Positions 18,725 to 26,670 of a stretch of 64,000 nt of DNA are shown in pieces. Position 1 is the stretch's first letter. Every line of letters starts with the position of its first letter. Origin of the DNA: Acidimicrobiia bacterium (GTDB taxonomy: Bacteria > Actinomycetota > Acidimicrobiia > Spongiisociales > Spongiisociaceae); NCBI GenBank assembly GCA_965231815.1, contig OZ246890.1, forward strand, positions 1,692,888 to 1,756,887, given 5' to 3'. The position numbers and the translations under genes were made by a program. The notes below the pieces were generated by a model that ran no database searches, was not told the origin of the DNA, and saw only the letters and a list, made by a program, of their open reading frames with translations.

Positions 18725-20490
18725 CGTTGACCTCCCTTCTCCAGCCTCTCGATAAGTCCGCCATGCTGAGCTTGGAAGATGGCTTCGTCGTAGTGGCTCT
18801 CCAGAAGGTCGAGTTCCTCATCGAAGGCCTTCTTCAGGCTCCAGAGCATTATCAGGAGCACGAAGAGGAACGGTAGCCCGGTAGCCACGGCAGCGGTCTG
18901 GAGGGACGACAGGCCTCCTCCGATGAGCAGCACGATGGCCACGAGACCTTCCATGCATGCCCAGAACACACGCTGGGGCTTGGGCGAGTCGAGTTTTCCT
19001 CCCGAGGTGAGGTGGTCCACCACCAAGGAACCCGAGTCCGACGACGTTACAAAGAACGAGATCAGCAGCAGGATTCCCACAATCGAGACGAAGTAGGTCC
19101 ATGGGAAGGCTTCCAACATAACGAACAGGGCGGTCGCCACGTTCTCGTTGACAGCCGTCGCCACGTCCAAGGTGCCGGTCCGTTGGAGATCCATCGCCGC
19201 GCCTCCGAACACTGCAAACCAGAGGAAGCAAAGGAGGCAGGGAAGAACGATCACACCGACGACCATTTCCCGTACCGAGCGACCCTTGGAGATCCGCGCA
19301 ATGAACATTCCGACGAAGGGCGACCAGGATATCCACCATCCCCAGTAGAAGATGGTCCACCACTGTTGCCACTGGGTATTGAGTAATGCCGCATTCCAGA
19401 ACGAGAACTCCGGCAGGATCTGGATGTAGACCCCGATGCTTTCCACATACAGCGACAGCACTAGGAGAGTGGGACCTACCAGCATCACGAAGATCAGGAA
19501 TGCTCCGGCCAACCACACGTTGATCGAGCTCAACCGCTTGACACCACCGTCCAATCCGGCCACTACCGAGATGGTGGCCAATCCGGTGATACCTGCGATA
19601 AGTAGGATCTGGGTAGTGAGATTATCCGGTATGCCGAACACCTTGTTTAACCCTGCGGCTGCTTGTGAAGCGCCGAGTCCCAACGAGGTGGCCAATCCGA
19701 ACAGAGTTGCCACCACGGTAAGAACGTCAATGGCGTTACCCCAAGTCCCGTAGATCCTCGGACCCAGGATCGGGTAGAACACCGATCGGAAGGTCAGAGG
19801 CAAACCCCGGTTGTAAGCGAAGAACCCCAGCGCAAGCGCCACCAGGCCGTACAGCGCCCATCCATGAATCCCCCAGTGGAGATAGGAGGTAGCCAGTGAA
19901 GCCCGGGCCGCTTCCGTCGACAAGGGTTCCGCGTCGAACAGAGGTGGCGGCGCCGTCAAATGGAAGATCGGCTCTGCCACGCCCCAGAACATCAACCCGA
20001 TACCAAGACCGGCTGAGATCAGCATGGCGTACCAGGCGGCGGTCGAGAACTCCGGTAGGGCCGTCGGGCCACCTAGCCGGATCTTCCCGTACCTGCCTAA
20101 CGCGAAGTACAGCGCTGCTCCGATGAAGATGTTGAAGGATATGATGTAGAGCCAACCCACCTTCTCGTTGATGAATTGGAGTATGGCGTCGAACACCCCG
20201 GATGCCTGTTCCGGGAATATCAGTGTGGCTGCGATGAAGACCAGCAGGAATCCGGCGGCGGAGAAGGTCACTTGGGGATGGATGTCGAATCCCCACTTGA
20301 CGATATTCCGGTCGCCTGGTTCCCGGTCGGCTACTTCGGGATAGAAGTCGATGTCGGGGTCGATCTGTAGTCCCTCGAAGTGTGACCGCTCCCGGATCGC
20401 AGCAGCGCGACGGCGCTCCTGCTCGTCTTCCCAATCCTCGTATGCCTCGGAGACCTTGGTCAGGTCAAGTTCGTGGCGACCTTCAGCCAT
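18721..20490 (-). CDS. BCCT-family betaine/carnitine/choline transporter
   Basis: BCCT signature WTIFYWGWWISWSPFVGMFIARISKGRSVRE, WGVAEPIFH, 12-TM-like hydrophobic profile. 589 aa. Confidence 0.9.
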   Translation of the reverse strand: MAEGRHELDLTKVSEAYEDWEDEQERRRAAAIRERSHFEGLQIDPDIDFYPEVADREPGDRNIVKWGFDIHPQVTFSAAGFLLVFIAATLIFPEQASGVFDAILQFINEKVGWLYIISFNIFIGAALYFALGRYGKIRLGGPTALPEFSTAAWYAMLISAGLGIGLMFWGVAEPIFHLTAPPPLFDAEPLSTEAARASLATSYLHWGIHGWALYGLVALALGFFAYNRGLPLTFRSVFYPILGPRIYGTWGNAIDVLTVVATLFGLATSLGLGASQAAAGLNKVFGIPDNLTTQILLIAGITGLATISVVAGLDGGVKRLSSINVWLAGAFLIFVMLVGPTLLVLSLYVESIGVYIQILPEFSFWNAALLNTQWQQWWTIFYWGWWISWSPFVGMFIARISKGRSVREMVVGVIVLPCLLCFLWFAVFGGAAMDLQRTGTLDVATAVNENVATALFVMLEAFPWTYFVSIVGILLLISFFVTSSDSGSLVVDHLTSGGKLDSPKPQRVFWACMEGLVAIVLLIGGGLSSLQTAAVATGLPFLFVLLIMLWSLKKAFDEELDLLESHYDEAIFQAQHGGLIERLEKGGQR

Positions 20491-20780
20491 CTCGTAACCT
20501 TGCGTAGCGCCAAACCATCTGACTCTCCTTCCTCTAGTTGGCAGTCATGGTTTGCCTGGGAAGGCATCATCAGACCGGGTCCGAATGCGTCAAAATCAAA
20601 GCATCGGTCCGGGATGAAGTATCCGGGGTCCTGTTTAGTCCTCCCCAGGGACCCTGATCTACCCGAACTGTAGTTGAATCATGACCACCTACGCTGACTA
20701 GAGCACTTGATTTCTGTTTCTGAAACCCTTTCGAGTTCTGATCGCTAGTCTCGGAGCGGCACTACCAGGAAAGCGTCAAA

Positions 20781-22865
20781 ATGCAGCGAACTACCCTTTC
20801 CGTCGTCGGGATCGTTGTGACCGCGCTCGTCATCGGGTTGGGAGTCCAGGGGGCGGCCGGTCAATCGGACGATCAGGAAGAGGCCCGCCCGCGAGTACGG
20901 ATGGCGCGAGCCACATGGGATACGGGCTGGTTCCAGGCGGAGGTCTACAAACTCCTCCTACAACACCTGGGATTCGAGGTGGACGGTCCGGTCACCATGG
21001 ACAACCCCGAGTTATACGCGGCGGTTGCCGGCGGGGAAGTGGATATGTGGCCCAACGGCTGGTTCCCCCTCCATGATCGTTACCTTGAGGGAGGGCTACT
21101 GGAAGCCGTGGGTACCCAGGTCGATGACGGCGCCTTGCAGGGTTACTTCGTTGACATCAAGACCGCCGAGACCCATGGCATTACTACCTTGGCCGATCTA
21201 TCCGATCCCGGCATAGCTGCCCTGTTCGATGCGGATGGAGACGGTCTGGCGGACTTGGTGGGGTGCGAGATGGGCTGGTCGTGTTCAGCCATTATCGACC
21301 ATCATCTGGAGGCTTACGACTTGGCCGCAACCGTGGAACACGTCCAGGGCGCCTACTCGCCTCTGATCTCGGAAACGATCGACCGTTACCGGGCCGGGCA
21401 TCCGGTCCTCTTCTACACATGGACGCCCAATTGGACGGTGGGCGAGTTGGTTCCGGGACGGGACGTAATGTGGTTGGAGGTGCCGTTCCCCTCCCTGCCC
21501 GACGATCAGGCGGCGTTTCTGGACCGCACCATAATCCCTGGCATTGTCGGATGTCGTAACGACCCGTGCCAGGTGGGTTGGCCGCCCAATGACATCCGAG
21601 TGGTCGCCAACTCGGCATTCCTTAATGCCAATCCGGCGGCTCGGCGGTTGCTGGAGCAGGTGGTGATCCCTCTGGCTGATATCTCCGCCCAGAACGCCCT
21701 CATGGTGGAGGAAGAGGGTGATCCCGAAGACATCCGTCGCCACGCCGAGCAGTGGGTGTCTACCAACCAGGCCCTGGTCCGGCGTTGGATAGAAACCGCC
21801 GATCCCGATGCCGAATCCTTGACGGATCCCGATGCCGATACCGGGCTCGCCGACGGAGTGCTGAGGGTGGCTGCGCGGGTTCTCCCACCATTCGTGACCT
21901 ACGAGAGCCTAACCTACGATGGCTTCGAAGTCGGTCTAGTGCACCTGATCGGTACCAGGTTGGGTATGGATGTCGAGATCTACGCCGTCGACACCGTAGC
22001 CAAGCAGATAGACGACATTGCCAGAGGTGTCGCGCATCTGGGGTTGGGTGGGGTAGCCATCACCGGCTCCCGCGAGTCGACGGTCGACTTCTCCCTCCCG
22101 GTACTCGACACCGGCCTGGCCATCATGGTTCCGACCCACGACCATGAGGGCGTGGGCGGTCGCATCCTTAGTTTCTTCCGGGCCATCGCCGGATCCGACC
22201 TGCCCTGGCTCATCGTGGTGTTCGCTATAGCGGTCCTGATGGCCGCTCACCTTATATGGTGGTTCGAACGTCACCACAACCCCGATTTCTCCGTTCCCTA
22301 CCGGCGGGGGATCTTCGACTCCTTCTACTGGTCCGTGGTCACCATGAGCACGGTCGGCTACGGCGACAAGGTGGCCCGCGGGCGGATGGGCAAGATATTC
22401 GCCTTGTTGTGGATCTTTCTCGGAACGCTGGTATTCGCCAGTTTCACCGCCGCCATCTCCTCGTCCCTGGCGGTGAGCGAACTGCGAGGCGAAATCGCCG
22501 GGCCAAGCGACCTCCCCGGCCACCGGGTCGCGACCGTTGCGCGTACAGCCGGGGCCGCCTATCTCGAAAACGCCGGCATCGGGCCGGTTCTCGTGGACGA
22601 GATCGAAGACGCCTACCGGCTCTTGAACGAAGGGGATGTGGATGCGGTCGTATTCGATGCTCCGGTTCTCCGCTTCCACGTATCTCGGGAGGGCGCCGGT
22701 GCGGTCACCACCGTCGGTCCGGACTTCGATAAGGTTCAATACGGCCTAATGACGAGTGAGGAGAACAGCGAACTCCGAGAACGGTTGAACCTCGCACTAC
22801 TTGACCTGATCGAGAGCGGTGTTTACCTCCAGGTTTACGGTCGCTGGTTCGGCGCCTCGGACTGA
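20781..22865 (+). CDS. Fusion protein: ProX/OpuAC-like betaine-binding domain + GluR0-like ligand-gated K+ channel (S1-M1-P-M2-S2)
   Basis: Signal/TM, then residues ~40-335 paralogous to the neighbouring ProX (ARATWDTGWFQAEVYKLL, WPNGWFPLHDRYLEG, LFYTWTPNW). SBP-3 lobe 1 (LRVAARVLPPFVTY...LGGVAITGSRESTVDFSLP), TM LPWLIVVFAIAVLMAAHLIWWF, pore helix/filter FYWSVVTMSTVGYGD (filter at nt 22350-22367), TM IFALLWIFLGTLVFASFTAAISS, SBP-3 lobe 2 to the C-terminus. Confidence 0.8.
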   Translation: MQRTTLSVVGIVVTALVIGLGVQGAAGQSDDQEEARPRVRMARATWDTGWFQAEVYKLLLQHLGFEVDGPVTMDNPELYAAVAGGEVDMWPNGWFPLHDRYLEGGLLEAVGTQVDDGALQGYFVDIKTAETHGITTLADLSDPGIAALFDADGDGLADLVGCEMGWSCSAIIDHHLEAYDLAATVEHVQGAYSPLISETIDRYRAGHPVLFYTWTPNWTVGELVPGRDVMWLEVPFPSLPDDQAAFLDRTIIPGIVGCRNDPCQVGWPPNDIRVVANSAFLNANPAARRLLEQVVIPLADISAQNALMVEEEGDPEDIRRHAEQWVSTNQALVRRWIETADPDAESLTDPDADTGLADGVLRVAARVLPPFVTYESLTYDGFEVGLVHLIGTRLGMDVEIYAVDTVAKQIDDIARGVAHLGLGGVAITGSRESTVDFSLPVLDTGLAIMVPTHDHEGVGGRILSFFRAIAGSDLPWLIVVFAIAVLMAAHLIWWFERHHNPDFSVPYRRGIFDSFYWSVVTMSTVGYGDKVARGRMGKIFALLWIFLGTLVFASFTAAISSSLAVSELRGEIAGPSDLPGHRVATVARTAGAAYLENAGIGPVLVDEIEDAYRLLNEGDVDAVVFDAPVLRFHVSREGAGAVTTVGPDFDKVQYGLMTSEENSELRERLNLALLDLIESGVYLQVYGRWFGASD

Positions 22866-22967
22866 CTCCATCCCCGGGAGTGTTCCGCTCATTACGACAA
22901 GGTCGGATAGTGACTCGGGCCTGACCCGGTAGCCTTGTAACCACCCCTTACCGGAGGAAGAAGGCTA

Positions 22968-24800
22968 TTGAAGCGACCTGCACCAGCCGAGATCCCGGAT
23001 GCCCCCGGCGCCTATCTTTTTCGGAGCCCGTACGGGCAGGTAACATATGTCGGGAAGGCCAAATCACTTCGCAAGCGGGTGTCGTCCTATTTCCTTAGGG
23101 ACTTGCCACTCCGGACCAGGGCGATGCTGGAAGCCTCCGACCGCGTGGAATGGATCGTGGTGGAGAGCGAGGTTGCCGCCCTTTTCCTGGAGTACTCACT
23201 CATAAAGGAGCACCTGCCGCGCTTCAACATCCGCCTGAGGGACGACAAGAGCTATCCGTACCTGGTGATCACGCGTTCGGACCGGTGGCCCAGGGCTCGA
23301 GTGATGAGAGGGGCCAAAAAGAAGGGAAACCAATACTTCGGGCCTTATGCACATGCCTACGCCATCCGCAACACCCTCGATCTGCTCCTCAAGTCACTTC
23401 CCATCCGGACTTGCACGGACACAGTGTTCCGCAGGCACCAACTGAAGGATCGGCCCTGCATCGAGTACGAGATCGAACGATGCTCGGCCCCCTGCGTGGG
23501 GTACGTGGATGAAGAGACGTACGCAGATTATGTCGACGGGTTGGCTCAGGTGCTGCAGGGGAATGCCGGGAGTTTCGTATCCCGCCTTGAGCAGCGCATG
23601 CTCGAAGCCTCCGAGGTGCAGGAATACGAGCGAGCGGCGCGCATCCGGGACCAACTCAGCGATGTAGGACGGGCTATGGCTCGCCAGGAGATCGTGACCG
23701 ATCGTCCCGAGGACTTCGACCTGATCGCTTCCCACGGGGATGACCTCGAGGTGTCGGTGCAGGTTCTTCGAGTGCGGAACGGACGCATAGTGGGACGCTT
23801 CGGATCCATCATCGATCGGGTGGAGGAGGTGACCGCCCGACAAGTAATGGCGACGGTTCTCCGCGATCTTTACGACGAGTCGTCCCCTCCTCCTCGCATG
23901 GTGCTGATGGAGGCGGCGCCTCCCGACGGGGAGCCTTGGGCGGAACTCCTATCCCGCCGTCGGGGGTCGAAAGTAACCCTGAAGGTACCCCAGCGAGGGG
24001 CTAAACGCCGCCTTATCGAGACCGCCCGTACCAACGCCGCCGAGGCTTTCGTACGGCACCGTCTCCGCCGCCAGTCGGACCACAACACCCGGGCGAAAGA
24101 TCTAAGGAGCCTCCAGACGACTCTGGCCCTGCCGGAACCTCCTTTACGCATCGAAGCCTATGACATTTCGACCATCCAGGGTCGCCACACTGTCGGATCG
24201 ATGGTGGTTCTCGAAGATGGCCTTCCGCGTCGCAACCATTACCGGCGGTTCCGGATCAGGACGGTGGACGGCCAGGACGACTTTTCCTCAATGGAGGAAG
24301 TGATACGGCGGCGTTTCAGCGCCTACCTCAAGGACTTGGAGAAGCCCGTGTCGGAGAGGGGCAAGTTTGCCTATCCCCCTTCTCTGGTGCTCATCGACGG
24401 TGGTCCCGGCCAGGTCGGACGGGCGGTGGAGGTTCTCAACCGGTTCGACCTCGATATCCCGGTGGCCGGGTTGGCCAAACGGATGGAGGAGGTGTACGTG
24501 CCCGGTCAGCCGGAACCGATCGCAATCCCACGGGACGAGCCGGCTCTTCACCTCCTCCAGCGAATAAGGGACGAGGCCCATCGCTTTGCGGTCATGTATC
24601 ACCGTCAGATTCGAGGCAAGCGGATGGTCGACTCGATACTCGACGACGTGTACGGGATAGGTCCGGTCCGCAAGAAAGCTCTCATAAAGGAGTTCGGTTC
24701 GGTCAAGCAGATGAGGAAGGCCGAGGTCGACCGGCTCGCCGGGGTGGTGCCACCCGATGTCGCAGAGAGGCTCTACGCTAGGCTGCATGACGGCCCCTGA
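22968..24800 (+). CDS. uvrC: Excinuclease ABC subunit C
   Basis: GIY-YIG N-terminus APGAYLFRSPYGQVTYVGKAKSLRKRVSSYF, UVR domain, RNase H-like endonuclease domain, (HhH)2 C-terminus. TTG start. 610 aa. Confidence 0.95.
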   Translation: MKRPAPAEIPDAPGAYLFRSPYGQVTYVGKAKSLRKRVSSYFLRDLPLRTRAMLEASDRVEWIVVESEVAALFLEYSLIKEHLPRFNIRLRDDKSYPYLVITRSDRWPRARVMRGAKKKGNQYFGPYAHAYAIRNTLDLLLKSLPIRTCTDTVFRRHQLKDRPCIEYEIERCSAPCVGYVDEETYADYVDGLAQVLQGNAGSFVSRLEQRMLEASEVQEYERAARIRDQLSDVGRAMARQEIVTDRPEDFDLIASHGDDLEVSVQVLRVRNGRIVGRFGSIIDRVEEVTARQVMATVLRDLYDESSPPPRMVLMEAAPPDGEPWAELLSRRRGSKVTLKVPQRGAKRRLIETARTNAAEAFVRHRLRRQSDHNTRAKDLRSLQTTLALPEPPLRIEAYDISTIQGRHTVGSMVVLEDGLPRRNHYRRFRIRTVDGQDDFSSMEEVIRRRFSAYLKDLEKPVSERGKFAYPPSLVLIDGGPGQVGRAVEVLNRFDLDIPVAGLAKRMEEVYVPGQPEPIAIPRDEPALHLLQRIRDEAHRFAVMYHRQIRGKRMVDSILDDVYGIGPVRKKALIKEFGSVKQMRKAEVDRLAGVVPPDVAERLYARLHDGP

Positions 24801-24802
24801 CA
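24658..24802 (+). repeat. Direct repeat, left copy (uvrC 3' end / ancestral rapZ start junction)
   Basis: taggtccggtccgcaagaaagctctcataaaggagttcggttcggtcaagcagatgagg...gctgcatgacggcccctgaca recurs at 25602-25747, differing by about ten substitutions and a 1-nt indel. Confidence 0.95.
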
Positions 24803-24986
24803 CTACCGGCCTGAGCCGGCCGAGAAAAAGTCCCCCTGTCGGCATGACTGGTCACTCCTGCGCCGGACGATCCACATCCACCAAGGTGGATTGGGTCGAG
24901 CGACCTGCACGCTCTGGTTACACACCCTCCTCGAAGATTCGACCGGGACCGAGCGTTAACCGCGATACCGCGGCTAGGATGGTCCT

Positions 24987-25262
24987 ATGAAGCGGGTGGC
25001 AAGCCGAGGCATGGGAGATTCCGTGCAGATGGACATCTGGGAGCAATGTAAGTCGATCGAAAGAGTCCCGGGCAAGGTCAGCGGTACGTGGCTCTTCCGA
25101 GGTACGCGTATGCCTGTCACAACCCTCTTTTCGATTCTCAAGTCCGGCAATACGGTCGCCGACTTCCACAAATGGTATCCCGGTGTAGAGGAGGGTTTGG
25201 TACTCGACTTACTCGAATATTTAGAGTCATCCCTTGAGCCGCTGTTGCCGTCGGCAAGATGA
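24987..25262 (+). CDS. DUF433-family antitoxin-like protein
   Basis: ERVPGKVSGTWLFRGTRMPVTTLFSILKSGNTVADFHKWYPGVEEGLVLDLLEY matches the DUF433 pattern (..G.p.f.GTR.pv..l...l..G.s...i...yP.l). The start may be an internal Met. Confidence 0.7.
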   Translation: MKRVASRGMGDSVQMDIWEQCKSIERVPGKVSGTWLFRGTRMPVTTLFSILKSGNTVADFHKWYPGVEEGLVLDLLEYLESSLEPLLPSAR

Positions 25263-25581
25263 ACGTTCTATTCGATCACAACACACCAGCTCCCTCCGTG
25301 ACTATCTTCCAGAGCACACAATCGATACGGCTGCCGAGAACGGGTGGAATGAGTTGGTAAATAGTGCTTTGCTCGACCGAGCTGAGGAGTACGGTTATGA
25401 TGCGTTCATCACTGCGGACCAGAATATGCCTTATCAGCAGGATCTCGCGGCAAGGCGGTTGGGATTCATCGTATTGCCCACCAACAACTGGAATCTGGTC
25501 CAGCTGCTAATCCCCGCTATTCGTTCAGAGTTGATCACAATAGGTCCTGGCGAAGTGGTTCGTATCCCTGAACAGGGTTGA
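25234..25581 (+). CDS. DUF5615-like PIN-type toxin, probable 1-nt frameshift near the 5' end
   Basis: LRDYLPEHTIDTAAENGWNELVNSALLDRAEEYGYDAFITADQNMPYQQDLAARRLGFIVLPTNNW is the family core. The expected N-terminus MNVLFDHNTPAP is encoded from the ATG at 25259 in a different frame. The frames meet at the C-run gctccctcc (~25291-25299). Confidence 0.6.
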   Translation: MSRCCRRQDERSIRSQHTSSLRDYLPEHTIDTAAENGWNELVNSALLDRAEEYGYDAFITADQNMPYQQDLAARRLGFIVLPTNNWNLVQLLIPAIRSELITIGPGEVVRIPEQG

Positions 25582-25601
25582 TACCAAGGGGTTTCCCATT
25601 T

Positions 25602-25747
25602 TAGGTCCGGTTCGTAAGAAAGCTCTCATAAAGGAGTTCGGTTCGGTCAAGCAGATGAGGAAAGGCCGACGTCACTCGGCTCGCCGGGGTGGCGCCACCC
25701 GATGTCGCAGAGAGGCTCTACGCTAGGTTGCATGACGGCCCCTGACA
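25602..25747 (+). repeat. Direct repeat, right copy (decayed uvrC 3' fragment carrying the functional rapZ start)
   Basis: Aligns with 24658-24802. Carries an extra A (gaggaaagg versus gaggaagg) and several substitutions that break the uvrC frame. Confidence 0.95.
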
Positions 25748-26628
25748 GAACCGGACCCCAACCGGTCGGCGAGGGACCGCGCCTGCTGGTTCTGACCGGG
25801 CTTTCCGGCGCGGGGCGGTCGACCGGTGCGAAGGTGCTTGAGGACCTCGGTTTCTATGTCATAGATAACCTGCCCCCCGAACTGCTCCGCCCGGCCGTAG
25901 ACCTGAACGACCTGCAAGCAGGGCGCCGCCGTCTGGCGGTGGTGCTTGACAGCCGGGGAGGGTTTCCTCTCCACGAACTGGAAGACCACATCCACCAGTT
26001 GGAAGATGCCGGTATCCATGTCACGCTGGTGTTCCTCGATGCCGATGACGAGGTCCTGATCCGACGCTACGAGGAGCACCGCCGACCCCATCCGCTCGGT
26101 CTGTCCACTCTGGCCGAGTCGATAGCTTCGGAGAGGACCATGATGGCCGACCTCCGGATTCGGGCCGACATGTATGTCAACACCAGCGAGACCAACGTTC
26201 ACCAACTCCGGAACTGGTTCTCCCACCAACTTTCCGCACTCGCCGAAAGCCACGCCATGCGTCTAGCGGTGACCTCATTCGGCTTCAAGAAGGGAACTCC
26301 CCGAGATCTTGACTTGATGTTTGATGTCCGGTTCTTACCCAATCCACACTGGTTGCCGGAGTTACGCCCGCTCACCGGTCGGGATCCGGCCGTTCGCAAA
26401 TACGTACTTTCCAACCGGGATTCTTCGGAGTTTCTCGATCTCCTCCGTGGCCTACTCTCTTTCCTGGTCCCCCGCTACCGGGAGGAGGGTAAGTCATACG
26501 TGAGTATCGGTATCGGATGCACGGGTGGGCATCACCGGTCGGTTGCGCTGGCCGAGGAGTTGGCCGGTTGGCTGGCCGACTGCGGCCACCACGCCACCGT
26601 CCGGCATAGAGACCTTGGCGAAGAATGA
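25732..26628 (+). CDS. rapZ: RNase adapter / nucleotide-binding protein RapZ (YvcJ family)
   Basis: LLVLTGLSGAGRSTGAKVLEDLGFYVIDNLPPELL, FGFKKGTPRDLDLMFDVRFLPNPHW, GCTGGHHRSVALAEEL. The ORF also opens at 25702, but 25732 corresponds to the ATGA-type overlap with the ancestral uvrC stop. Confidence 0.9.
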   Translation: MTAPDRTGPQPVGEGPRLLVLTGLSGAGRSTGAKVLEDLGFYVIDNLPPELLRPAVDLNDLQAGRRRLAVVLDSRGGFPLHELEDHIHQLEDAGIHVTLVFLDADDEVLIRRYEEHRRPHPLGLSTLAESIASERTMMADLRIRADMYVNTSETNVHQLRNWFSHQLSALAESHAMRLAVTSFGFKKGTPRDLDLMFDVRFLPNPHWLPELRPLTGRDPAVRKYVLSNRDSSEFLDLLRGLLSFLVPRYREEGKSYVSIGIGCTGGHHRSVALAEELAGWLADCGHHATVRHRDLGEE

Positions 26629-26670
26629 GCCACCTCATAAGGGAGATCAAGGGATGACGGAGGATTCGGT

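Noticed and set aside
20491-20780. 290-bp divergent spacer between the BCCT operon and the ProX-channel gene, scanned for riboswitch-like or repeat structure.
   Set aside because: No repeats, palindromes longer than ~6 bp or known riboswitch cores were recognised by eye. It is likely ordinary divergent promoters.
24757-24990. 77-aa ORF beginning MSQRGSTLGCMTAPD, identical to the start of the rapZ ORF.
   Set aside because: It is created by the left copy of the uvrC/rapZ junction duplication. After ~15 codons it runs into the inserted segment with no RapZ similarity.
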